Part shown: positions 8,887-19,893 of the stretch, piece after piece | Layout: every line of letters begins with the position of its first letter | How positions within the stretch are numbered: position 1 is the first letter of the stretch | Source of the DNA: Chloroflexota bacterium | Lineage (GTDB): Bacteria > Bacillota > Sulfobacillia > JBFLWA01 > JBLNDB01 | Direction: 5' to 3' | Assembly: GCA_050261235.1 (NCBI GenBank) | Contig: JBLNDB010000038.1 | Location: forward strand, 13,445-77,444 | Length of the DNA: 64,000 nucleotides | Translations under genes and position numbers: made by a program | The notes under the pieces: generated by a model | Database searches by the model: none | What the model was told of the DNA's origin: nothing | Seen by the model: the letters and a program-made list of their open reading frames with translations, nothing else

Positions 8887-9345
8887 ATGTCCATCGTCGG
8901 GCAATGCGCCCTGGTCCTCGCACTGGCCGGTCTCGTCGTATTGGTGTTGGCCCTGCTCGGCCATGAGCGGGCGCACGGTGCCCTGCCACAGGCGGGGCTG
9001 GTCGTGTTGGTGCGCGACCGTGCCGATGTGGTCGAGGGCGCGTACTATCAGTTGTTGGGCAGCGCTGAGCGGGCCGGCTACCAGTGGGCGCACGTGATGA
9101 TTCTTGACGACCGCTCGCGCGACGAGACGCCGCTCATCCTCGAGCGACTGACGCGGCGCCATCCCGGGATCGAGGCGCGCCCGGCCACGGTCGGCGAGGC
9201 GGCGCTCCTTAGCCGGATCGCGCCGCCGGGACAGACGACGCTGATTGTCAACATGACGCGCGGCGATGTCCGGCCGCTGTCCGAGATGTCGGTCCGGCCG
9301 CTGCGAGCGGTCGGCGACATGCACGAGAAACATACTGCCAAATAG
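8887..9345 (+). CDS. Hypothetical membrane-anchored protein
   Basis: ATG after GGGAGGTG RBS; N-terminal hydrophobic helix; no recognisable domain. Confidence 0.45.
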   Translation: MSIVGQCALVLALAGLVVLVLALLGHERAHGALPQAGLVVLVRDRADVVEGAYYQLLGSAERAGYQWAHVMILDDRSRDETPLILERLTRRHPGIEARPATVGEAALLSRIAPPGQTTLIVNMTRGDVRPLSEMSVRPLRAVGDMHEKHTAK

Positions 9346-9410
9346 AGGAAAGCACAGACCCGGTGGCGAAATGAACCACCGGGTCTGACTTGCGAAAGGA
9401 GGGGTGACGG

Positions 9411-11096
9411 GTGGCCGGCAGGCGGCGGCTGCATCGGCAGTTCGGGCTGATCGTGGAAGGCGGCGCGCTCGCCGCTCTGGTCGCGACAGGCTGGGCGCGG
9501 CCGCCCGAGTGGATCGGGCTGGTCGTCTTCGGCGTCCTCTGCCTTGGGGCGGAGTGGGCCGAGGTCAGCCTGCCCGGCGGCATCCTGTCGACGTCGTTCG
9601 CCGTCATCTACCCCGCGTTCATCCTATATGGCTGGCCGGCGGCGGCGATCGTCGCCCTCGTCAGCTTCGTCATCGCCGGACGCTTGCAGAAGCGCCAGCG
9701 CGGCGTCGTCATGTTCAACGCCGGCCAGATCGTCCTGTCCATCTATGCCGGCAGTCTGCTCTACCGCCTGGCCGGCGGGGTGAGCGGTCCGGGCGCCGTC
9801 GTCTCAGGCAATGCCCTCCCGTTGATCCTGTTCCCGCTCGGCTACTTCATCGCCAACCACATGCTCGTCGGCACCTACTTCACCTTGCGCTTAGGCCAGT
9901 TCGACTGGCTGGGGACCTGGCTCGAGCCAATGCGCTGGGACTTGCTCAACTTCGTGGTCGCCGTTCCGCTCGGCATAGTCGTCGCCCAGCTCTATGGCAC
10001 GCAAGGGCTGACCGGCGCTCTGTTGCTGTTCATCCCGTTCTTCGCGGTGGCGTACATCTTCCGCCTGTCAGTCCGGCTGTCGCTGGCCAACCGGGAACTG
10101 AAGGCGTTCCAGGGTTTCTCCGAAGCCATTTCCGCCAGTCTCGAGTTGGACAGCATCTTCGCCTCGATTGCGACAGCGCTGACCAGCATGATTCCCCATG
10201 ATGCCTGCGTCCTGCTGGTCTGGGACGAGGCCGAGCAGGCGCTCGTCTGCGACGGGCATTGCCACCCGGCCATCGCCGGCATCGAAGATCTCAGGCTCAA
10301 GCCAGGCGAGGGCATTACCGGCTCGGTCGCCAAGGCGAAGCAACCCGAGATTGTGGCCGACACGCGGCGCGATCAGCGCGGCGACGGCCTGCTGGCCTAC
10401 CTTGCCGCCCGTTCGCTGTTGGCGGTGCCGCTGGTCTCGGAGCAGCGTCTAATCGGCGTTCTCGTGCTCGGCAAGCGCGACGCCGGCGCCTTCAGTGACC
10501 GCCACCGCAACCTGATGCTGACACTCGCCGGCCCGGCGGCGGTCGCGGTCGAGAAGGGCCTTCACCACCGTGAGACAGAGGCTCTCGCTGTCACGGACGT
10601 CAAGACCGGTCTCTACAACTACCGCTTCTTCATCGACCAGCTGAGCATCGAACTGGAGCGCGCCAGGCGCCAGAAGACGCAACTGTCCCTGATCTACCTT
10701 GATATCGATCACTTCCGCGAGACCAACAACACCTTCGGCCATGAGGCCGCTGACGGCGTTCTGCGGGACGTCACGGCGATCCTCCGACGGTGCGTGCGCG
10801 ATTCGGACCTGGCGGCGCGGTATGGCGGCGAGGAATTCGTCATCATGCTGCCGCGGGCCGGTTCGCGCGATGCGCAGGCGGTCGCTGAGCGCATCCGACG
10901 CAGTGTCGAGCGGACGATCTTCCGCGATCGGGCGAGCAGCGCCGTCATCCGCGTGACACTCAGCGCCGGCGTATCCACCTTCCCCGAGGATGGGGACGGG
11001 CCGAGCGAGCTGGTCTACAAAGCCGACCTGGCGATGCTGCGGGGGGCCAAGGAGAAAGGACGGAACCGGGTTGCGGTCTATGCCGGTCTCGAGTAA
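9411..11096 (+). CDS. Diguanylate cyclase: polytopic membrane sensor domain - GAF - GGDEF
   Basis: About 8 TM helices, a GAF-like middle region, and a C-terminal GGDEF domain (RYGGEEFVIMLP active-site motif). GTG start after AAAGGAGGGG. Confidence 0.85.
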   Translation: MAGRRRLHRQFGLIVEGGALAALVATGWARPPEWIGLVVFGVLCLGAEWAEVSLPGGILSTSFAVIYPAFILYGWPAAAIVALVSFVIAGRLQKRQRGVVMFNAGQIVLSIYAGSLLYRLAGGVSGPGAVVSGNALPLILFPLGYFIANHMLVGTYFTLRLGQFDWLGTWLEPMRWDLLNFVVAVPLGIVVAQLYGTQGLTGALLLFIPFFAVAYIFRLSVRLSLANRELKAFQGFSEAISASLELDSIFASIATALTSMIPHDACVLLVWDEAEQALVCDGHCHPAIAGIEDLRLKPGEGITGSVAKAKQPEIVADTRRDQRGDGLLAYLAARSLLAVPLVSEQRLIGVLVLGKRDAGAFSDRHRNLMLTLAGPAAVAVEKGLHHRETEALAVTDVKTGLYNYRFFIDQLSIELERARRQKTQLSLIYLDIDHFRETNNTFGHEAADGVLRDVTAILRRCVRDSDLAARYGGEEFVIMLPRAGSRDAQAVAERIRRSVERTIFRDRASSAVIRVTLSAGVSTFPEDGDGPSELVYKADLAMLRGAKEKGRNRVAVYAGLE

Positions 11097-11775
11097 GGAC
11101 GCCCGCCTCAGGGCGCTCCGCGCGGCAGCGGCGGAGCGCCTTCTTGATTTGCTCTACCCCCGTCTCACCTGCCCATTCTGCGGCGGCCCGGCCGGCGCCG
11201 GCCAGGATGCGGGGATCTGCCCGGCCTGCCTGGCAGCGCTGGTCAGCACGCCGGTGAGCGTCCTCGGCCGCGTTCCCGGCGCCACCGGCGGGTTCGCCTG
11301 TGCTCTCCACGCAGGGCCGCTGGCAGCGGCCATCCGACGGTTCAAGTACGGTCCGGATGAGGCGCTCGGCGAGCCGCTCGGGCGGTTGCTGGCGGCCAGG
11401 ACGGCGATGGCGGTTGCCGCCGGGTTGCCAGTGGCAGCGGTCGTGCCGGTGCCGCTCCACCGAGCCCGGTTGCTGGCGCGGGGCTTCAACCAGGCCGAGG
11501 TCCTGGCCGAGTATGTGGCGCGCCGCCTTGGCGTACCGCTGCGCCGCGCCTGGCTGCGGCGCAGTCGGCGCACCGCGACACAGGCCAGTCTGGACCGGAC
11601 CGGCCGGTTACGTAATATGCGGGCTGCATTTCGCGCCGACAGCCGGGTGTCCGGGGCGGATATCCTGCTCATCGATGATGTCATCACGACTGGGGCGACT
11701 CTGGTCGCCTGCCGGGAAGCCTTGGCGGGCGCCGGTTCGGTGAGTTTTGCCACACTTGCGGCCGCATCCGACTGA
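11080..11775 (+). CDS. comFC: ComF-family phosphoribosyltransferase (ComFC-like)
   Basis: N-terminal CxxC…CxxC zinc finger plus PRTase motif ILLIDDVITTGATL; the ATG overlaps the GGDEF gene end. Confidence 0.8.
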   Translation: MPVSSKDARLRALRAAAAERLLDLLYPRLTCPFCGGPAGAGQDAGICPACLAALVSTPVSVLGRVPGATGGFACALHAGPLAAAIRRFKYGPDEALGEPLGRLLAARTAMAVAAGLPVAAVVPVPLHRARLLARGFNQAEVLAEYVARRLGVPLRRAWLRRSRRTATQASLDRTGRLRNMRAAFRADSRVSGADILLIDDVITTGATLVACREALAGAGSVSFATLAAASD

Positions 11776-12023
11776 AGGCTGTCGTTATCGCCCTGATACG
11801 ACAAGAAGCCTCGCTTTTCTGGGGTTATTCCGACATGGTTTGACAGTCCACAAGCCGCCGATTCCTCTTCCCCAGATAGACAAGGTTATGCACAGAGTTA
11901 TCCACACTATCCACAATTGTCATTATGCATGGGCCGCGAATATTGACTGGATAGGCTTCTCCAGTGGCGCACAGGCATCACATTATTGTCAATCAGACCA
12001 ACGGCTGCCGAGGGAGCACTTGA

Positions 12024-12053
12024 TTGACAGAGCGAACCCGCCGGTGGTATAGT
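12024..12053 (+). promoter_or_regulatory. Sigma-A promoter upstream of cold-shock gene (TTGACA-18-TGgTATAGT)
   Basis: -35 TTGACA 12024-12029; extended -10 TGGTATAGT ending 12053; about 65 nt upstream of the csp ATG. Confidence 0.55.
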
Positions 12054-12121
12054 GGCTAATGTAGGCCAGCTACGGGCCTGCGACGCAGCAGCAGTCATTT
12101 GAGTTAGGGGGAGTACGCAAG

Positions 12122-12322
12122 ATGCACGGCAAGGTCAAGTGGTTCAACGCCGAAAAGGGCTATGGCTTTATCGAGCGTGAAGATGGCGCCGGCGACGTGT
12201 TCGTCCACTATTCAGCCATCTCCATGGAAGGCTTCAAGACCCTGAACGAAGGCGATCAGGTCGAGTTCGAGATTGTCGAAGGCGCCCGCGGCCCGCAGGC
12301 CGCCAACGTCGTCAAGGCCTAA
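12122..12322 (+). CDS. csp: Cold-shock protein (CspA family)
   Basis: [33 protein letters not shown]… with RNP1/RNP2 motifs; RBS AGGGGGAG. Confidence 0.95.
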   Translation: MHGKVKWFNAEKGYGFIEREDGAGDVFVHYSAISMEGFKTLNEGDQVEFEIVEGARGPQAANVVKA

Positions 12323-12336
12323 CTGAACCGCAACTG

Positions 12337-12365
12337 GCGACCCTCGGGGAACCCCCCGGGGGTCT
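12337..12365 (+). terminator. Candidate intrinsic terminator after csp
   Basis: GC hairpin (ccctcgggg…ccccggggg) followed by a tctttgattt T-rich tract. Confidence 0.45.
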
Positions 12366-12434
12366 TTGATTTGGCAGGATTTTTCCTTGACGAAGGGAAT
12401 ACTATTGAGCAAGTTCGGGAAGGGAGATGACGCC

Positions 12435-12956
12435 TTGCAGATCACCGTGCGGGGAAGGAACGTCGAAGTCTCCAACTCACTGCGAGACTATGTCGAGAAG
12501 AAGGTCGGGCGGCTGGAACGACAGTTCGACACTGCCGTGGCCGCCACCGCCACGCTGAGCGTGGAGCGCGACCGGCATACCGTCGAGGTCACGATGCCAC
12601 TCAATGGCATGGTCCTGCGCGGCGAGGAGACGACGGGCGACATGTACTCGGCAGTCGACCTGGTGGTCGACAAGCTCGAGCGGCAGGTCGCCAAATACAA
12701 GACCCGCTTGAGCCGGCGTCTGCGCTCGGGCGATGACAGACTGGCGGTCGAACAGATCGACCCCGGCGAGAAGGAGCCGCGTGTCGTCAGGACGAAGCGG
12801 TTCAACCTGAAGCCGATGACCATCGATGAGGCGGTTCTGCAGCTGGGGCTGATCGGCCACGACTTCTTCATCTTCACCAACGCCGATTCCGACCGGATCA
12901 ACGTCCTCTACCGGCGCAAAGATGGCAACTATGGCCTGATCGAACCGGAGGAATGA
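12435..12956 (+). CDS. hpf: Ribosome hibernation promoting factor (long HPF/YvyD)
   Basis: LQITVRGRNVEVSNSLRDYVEKKVGRLERQFD… matches the HPF N-domain plus C-terminal dimerisation domain. TTG start 6 nt after GGGAGA; conserved position upstream of secA. Confidence 0.85.
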   Translation: MQITVRGRNVEVSNSLRDYVEKKVGRLERQFDTAVAATATLSVERDRHTVEVTMPLNGMVLRGEETTGDMYSAVDLVVDKLERQVAKYKTRLSRRLRSGDDRLAVEQIDPGEKEPRVVRTKRFNLKPMTIDEAVLQLGLIGHDFFIFTNADSDRINVLYRRKDGNYGLIEPEE

Positions 12957-12973
12957 CCGACCCCGACCACGAA

Positions 12974-13003
12974 GAGCGGCAGTGCCGCTCTTCTTCTTGA
13001 TTG
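12974..13003 (+). terminator. Intrinsic terminator after hpf
   Basis: gaagagcggc-agt-gccgctcttc hairpin followed by ttcttgatt. Confidence 0.6.
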
Positions 13004-13033
13004 ACATGGGACAGGCACAGTGGGGGAATGGCC

Positions 13034-14164
13034 GTGCGCAGTGAGAAGCCAGTATCGGTCGTCATCTTCGAGGGTGGCGACCCTCAGGACGCCCTTGTCC
13101 GCAGGCTGACCGAGGTCCGCAAGCAAGTAACCCTGGACACGATCGCCAAGCTGGGCCAGCTCAGGGGCATCGACCGGATCATCCTTTGCACCAACTACGG
13201 GGACCTCGCCGACGCGGCGCAGCAACTCGGCGCGACCATCGATTTCAGCGGCGACGGGCCGTTCCACTTCGGCCGGCGCCTGGCGGCCATCATCCGCCGG
13301 TTCGCTGTCGAGCGGATCCTGTACATGGGCGGCGCGAGCTGTCCGATCATCGCGCCGGGCGAACTGCAATGGGCAATCGACCAAGTTGCCGCCGGCGATG
13401 GCATCGTCGTCATGAACAACACCCAGTCGGCCGATATCGTCGGCTTCGCCCCGGCCACTGCCATCGACCGCATCGAGCCGCCCGAGAACGACAACTTCCT
13501 CGGCTTCCTGCTGCGCGAGGCCGGCCTGCAGCGGGTCCTGATCCCCAACTCGCCGCGCATCAACTACGACCTCGACACGCCGACCGACTACGTCATCCTG
13601 ACCGTCCTGCCCTGGGCCGGGCCACGCACCGCCGCGGCAGTCCGGGAGCTGGGCTTTTCGACCGCGCCGGCGGTCGCGCTGAAGCAGGCGCTGTCAACGC
13701 ATGGGGCGGAGATAGCCCTGATCGGCCGCGTTGGCCCGACGGTCATCGGCTTCCTCAACGCCAACTTCGCCGTCCGCACGCGCGTCTTCTCCGAGGAGCG
13801 CGGCATGAAGGCGCTCGGCCGGGAGAGCGGGGGACTGGTGCGGACGCTGATCGGCGAGTTCATCGCCGCCACCGGCCCGGAGGTGTTCTTCGAGCGCCTC
13901 GGCACCGTCGCTTCCGCCTGTCTGTTCGACACGCGGCCGTATTTCGCCGGCCTCAGCGAGCGCGTCTCCGAACACGATCGGTTCTGCTCAGACCTCGGAC
14001 TATACGAGGAGATCCGCCACCCGGACGTCCGGCGGTTCACCCGCGCCGCCGTCGACGCGACGATTCACCCGGTGCTGGGTGGCCACTCGCTGGTGTCGGG
14101 CGGATTGTGGGCGCTTGCCGAGACCGTATTGCAGGAAATGGGCAAGACGCCGAATAAGTTCTGA
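13034..14164 (+). CDS. Uncharacterised protein, possible nucleotidyltransferase-like N-domain
   Basis: Long ORF with coding-like periodicity; GTG 6 nt after GGGGGA (the upstream ATG overlaps the hpf terminator). No confident family assignment from sequence alone. Confidence 0.55.
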   Translation: MRSEKPVSVVIFEGGDPQDALVRRLTEVRKQVTLDTIAKLGQLRGIDRIILCTNYGDLADAAQQLGATIDFSGDGPFHFGRRLAAIIRRFAVERILYMGGASCPIIAPGELQWAIDQVAAGDGIVVMNNTQSADIVGFAPATAIDRIEPPENDNFLGFLLREAGLQRVLIPNSPRINYDLDTPTDYVILTVLPWAGPRTAAAVRELGFSTAPAVALKQALSTHGAEIALIGRVGPTVIGFLNANFAVRTRVFSEERGMKALGRESGGLVRTLIGEFIAATGPEVFFERLGTVASACLFDTRPYFAGLSERVSEHDRFCSDLGLYEEIRHPDVRRFTRAAVDATIHPVLGGHSLVSGGLWALAETVLQEMGKTPNKF

Positions 14165-14232
14165 CGCTGGCGAAAAAAGCAGGAAGTAGTTGGTTGCAGT
14201 AGAAATATCACACCTAAACAAGTATCGTCAAA

Positions 14233-14904
14233 ATGGGGGGCCAGAAATTGGGGACCAGGGTGCAAGACAACCCGACGCTGCGCGAATATGAGCGCATCAT
14301 CGGGCAGATCAGGGAGGTCATCTCGGCGCGGGTCGTCGCCAGTGACCGCGGGACGATCGAGGAGATCCATGTCCTCGCCGGCTCCGGCCGGGGTCCGAAG
14401 CAGATCGTGCGCGACATCGAGTCGGCGTTCATGGCCCAGTTCGGCCTCAGCGTCGACCACAAGAAGATCAGCGTCGCGCAGGTCCAGGACGAGGTCTCAC
14501 CGAGCGGCCCGGCGCGCATCAAACTGGTCAGCGTCAACCTGACCACATCCGGCACAAAGGCCGAGGCGCGCGTCCAGCTGCAGTTCGAGGATACGGCCTG
14601 CGAGGGGGCAGCGTCCGGCGTCGCGTCGGGGGGGAACCGACTGCGTCTGATCGCCGCGGCCTGTCTCCAGGCAGTCGAGCAGTATTTCAGGAGCGAGTGC
14701 GTGTTCGCGGTCGAGGAGATCCAGGTGGTGCCAGTCGCCAACAAACAGGCCGTGCTGGCCGCGATTGCCCTGGTCACGCCGACGGGTGAGGATCTCTTCA
14801 TCGGCTCGTCCGTCATCCGCGATGACGATCGCGAGGCCGTCGCCAAGGCGACGCTCGATGCGATCAACCGGCAATTCGCGATTTGGGTGAAGAAGTCGAG
14901 TTAG
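14233..14904 (+). CDS. Uncharacterised protein with two internally repeated ~90-aa domains
   Basis: Two similar segments (…EIHVLAGSG…IVRDIESA… and …EIQVVPVAN…VIRDDDREAVAKA…); start uncertain (ATG 14233, TTG 14248 or GTG 14260). Confidence 0.5.
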   Translation: MGGQKLGTRVQDNPTLREYERIIGQIREVISARVVASDRGTIEEIHVLAGSGRGPKQIVRDIESAFMAQFGLSVDHKKISVAQVQDEVSPSGPARIKLVSVNLTTSGTKAEARVQLQFEDTACEGAASGVASGGNRLRLIAAACLQAVEQYFRSECVFAVEEIQVVPVANKQAVLAAIALVTPTGEDLFIGSSVIRDDDREAVAKATLDAINRQFAIWVKKSS

Positions 14905-15172
14905 GTTTCAGGCATCAGCCGCAGATTCGGCAGCAGGTTTGGACCGGCGGCAGCAACATCGACTACCTCTGAGCGAAGCGGTTGCCCACTCCTCCTAGCG
15001 GTTGTGGTGGAGCTGACCTGTTGGAGGTTGAATATCGTGGCGAAGCTCGTCCGCGTTCTGTTGGCCCTTGCCGCGCTCGTCCTCGTGGCTGGCGCGAACT
15101 TCCAGATTAAGTAAAGCCTCGACCGCGACGCCGCCGGTCCAATCATTTATCACAGGGGAGGGGGAGGGTGCC

Positions 15173-16453
15173 ATGCCAGAGCAGGTACAACCCACATCCC
15201 GGCTATACTACCCGGTCATCCTGACGGTCAGTGTGCTGGGCATTGCCGTGATGGTCGTAGCTCATCCAACCCTTGAGCCCAAGACAGCTTATTCGGCGCT
15301 GCTATTTCTGATCATGACGATGATCGCCGAGGCCAGTCCGACTGACCTGCCCAATGGGCGCGGGACGGTCTCTGTAGGTTTCGCCATGGTCTACGCCGGG
15401 ATAGTCATATTTGGCCCCGCCATCGGAATCTGGCTTGCCGCCATCGGCACTCTCAGCATCGAACAGTTGCGCGGCAAGGTGAAGTGGGAGCGAGTCCTGT
15501 ACAACCGCGCCCAGCTTGCGCTGTCCGCGGCTTGTGGCGCCTACGCCTATCTTCTCGCCGGTGGCACTCCCGGCAAAGTAGCCCTATTCGGCGACATCTT
15601 GCCCCTGATCGCCTGCAGTCTGACATACATCATCGCCAACTCGGTCTTCGTTGTCCTGGCGATCAGCGTCATCAGGAACCTGCCCATTGCAGAGGCATGG
15701 GCGCTGCAACGCAAGATGTTTCTCTCCACAAATTACCTCGTTCTGATTCCGCTCGGGATTCTGATCGCCATGGTCTATCTCGCGGTCGGCTCGACGGGCG
15801 TGATCCTGTTCATCCTGCCGCTGCTTGTGGCCAGGTTCGCCCTGCAGCGCTACGTCGACACTGAGCGCTTCCTCGTCGGCACGATCAACGCCCTGGTGCG
15901 GGCCATTGAAGCCCGCGACGAGTACACCAGCGGCCATTCCGAGCGCGTCAAGACCTACGCGGTCGCCACCGCCACCGAGATGCGCCTGCCGCCGGATCAG
16001 TTGAAAATGCTCGAGTACCTTGCCAGCCTGCACGACATCGGCAAGATCGGCATCCGCGACGGCATCCTGCGCAAGGAAGGCCCGCTGACGGCAGAAGAGT
16101 ATGAAGAAGTCAAGCAACACCCGGTGATGGGCGCCACCATCCTCGGCCAGCTCGAGACCCTTGGCAAGAATGTCGATATGCTGAAGCACCACCACGAACG
16201 GTTTGACGGCAAGGGCTACCCGACCGGTCTCGCTGGCACGACGATCCCGCTCGGCGCCCGCATTATCGCCGTCTGCGACGCCTATGACGCCATGACCTCG
16301 CACCGGCCCTATCGTCCGGTGAAGACGCCGCAGGAGGCCATCTTCGAGCTTCAGAAATGCGCCGGGACGCAGTTCGATCCCGACGTTGTGCGTGCCTTCT
16401 GCCGCATCATCGGTCAGTACGACCTGCCGGTCAAGGAGGACGTGCCGCGCTAA
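15173..16453 (+). CDS. HD-GYP c-di-GMP phosphodiesterase with polytopic N-terminal membrane sensor domain
   Basis: HD-GYP core (HSERV…LHDIGKIGI…HHERFDGKGYP…DAYDAMTS); the N-terminal ~250 aa are polytopic and homologous to the N-domain of the GGDEF protein at 9411. Confidence 0.85.
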   Translation: MPEQVQPTSRLYYPVILTVSVLGIAVMVVAHPTLEPKTAYSALLFLIMTMIAEASPTDLPNGRGTVSVGFAMVYAGIVIFGPAIGIWLAAIGTLSIEQLRGKVKWERVLYNRAQLALSAACGAYAYLLAGGTPGKVALFGDILPLIACSLTYIIANSVFVVLAISVIRNLPIAEAWALQRKMFLSTNYLVLIPLGILIAMVYLAVGSTGVILFILPLLVARFALQRYVDTERFLVGTINALVRAIEARDEYTSGHSERVKTYAVATATEMRLPPDQLKMLEYLASLHDIGKIGIRDGILRKEGPLTAEEYEEVKQHPVMGATILGQLETLGKNVDMLKHHHERFDGKGYPTGLAGTTIPLGARIIAVCDAYDAMTSHRPYRPVKTPQEAIFELQKCAGTQFDPDVVRAFCRIIGQYDLPVKEDVPR

Positions 16454-16466
16454 TCAGGAGGTCAGC

Positions 16467-17027
16467 ATGTTCACGACTGCCGCTGTCATCTCACTTGCCG
16501 TCGCGCTGCTTCGCGGCGGCAAGTTTCAGCGATTGGCCGACGCCAAGGTCGACAAGGTCTGGCTGCTGTTCGCCGCCTTCGTCATCCAGTTCGGCCCCGG
16601 CTGGCTCGAGCGGTTCGGTGTCGTCGACGTCGGTCCCTGGGGTCCCGCCATCCACGTGCTGTCCTACGTCCCACTGACGGTCATGCTGCTGGCAAACCTC
16701 AGGCTGGTCGGCGCGCCGGTGATCATCGCCGGCATGGTGCTGAACGTCATCCCGATCGCCGCCAACGGCGGCCGGATGCCCGTCAGCGGCGCGGCCATGG
16801 CCCGCATCGGGCTGGCCGAGCTGATTCCGACCATCGCCCCAGGCATGAGCTACGACCACGTCATCATCGACAGCTCGACCCGCTTCGGTTTCCTCGGCGA
16901 CATCATCCCGCAGCCGTGGCCACCGAATCTGGCCAATGTGTTCAGCATCGGCGACCTGGTGCTGGGAGTCGGGCTGTTTCTGATCATCCAGCAACTGATG
17001 GGCGCCGGGCGATATCGAACCAGCTAA
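16467..17027 (+). CDS. Small polytopic membrane protein (DUF5317-like)
   Basis: ATG 8 nt after AGGAGG, 13 nt after the HD-GYP stop; 4-5 TM helices. Confidence 0.55.
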   Translation: MFTTAAVISLAVALLRGGKFQRLADAKVDKVWLLFAAFVIQFGPGWLERFGVVDVGPWGPAIHVLSYVPLTVMLLANLRLVGAPVIIAGMVLNVIPIAANGGRMPVSGAAMARIGLAELIPTIAPGMSYDHVIIDSSTRFGFLGDIIPQPWPPNLANVFSIGDLVLGVGLFLIIQQLMGAGRYRTS

Positions 17028-17034
17028 AACCCGT

Positions 17035-17064
17035 TTGCCCGGAGCCTTTTGCGGGTGGTACAAT
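17035..17064 (+). promoter_or_regulatory. Candidate promoter in the secA leader (TTGCCC-18-TGgTACAAT)
   Basis: -35 TTGCCC 17035-17040; extended -10 TGGTACAAT 17056-17064. Confidence 0.4.
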
Positions 17065-17078
17065 AGAACGAAGGAGAT

Positions 17079-17109
17079 AAGGAACCTGTATGGTTCCTTT
17101 TCTTTCTCC
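17079..17109 (+). terminator. Terminator/attenuator-like hairpin in the secA leader
   Basis: aaggaacc-tgtat-ggttcctt (8-bp perfect stem) followed by ttctttctcc. Could be the terminator of the upstream gene or a leader attenuator. Confidence 0.45.
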
Positions 17110-17157
17110 ACGGCCCATTCCGGCCGCGGCGCTTTCCAGGAAAGCGAGGGGAACCAC

Positions 17158-19839
<2,682 letters not shown>

Positions 19840-19893
19840 TCGGGCACGAGCGGCGACCGGGCGAGAGCCCGGGCCGAGTCAGGGGGGATCGCA

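Noticed and set aside
7361-8989. 542-aa minus-strand ORF spanning the SAM riboswitch and metK
   Set aside because: It would run across a canonical riboswitch and antisense to metK, and has no domain signal.
11747-12052. 101-aa ORF across the AT-rich comFC-csp spacer
   Set aside because: It covers the DnaA-box cluster and the csp promoter. It has atypical (AT-rich) composition versus the genome's codon bias and no RBS. Treated as non-coding.
11776-12121. Chromosomal replication origin (oriC)
   Set aside because: DnaA boxes are present, but only three, and there is no dnaA, dnaN or rpmH nearby. Reported as a DnaA-box cluster instead.
13186-14157. 323-aa alternative-frame ORF within the 13034-14164 gene
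   Set aside because: Same strand, different frame; extreme Arg/Pro/Gly composition. The 13001 frame gives a balanced, protein-like sequence.
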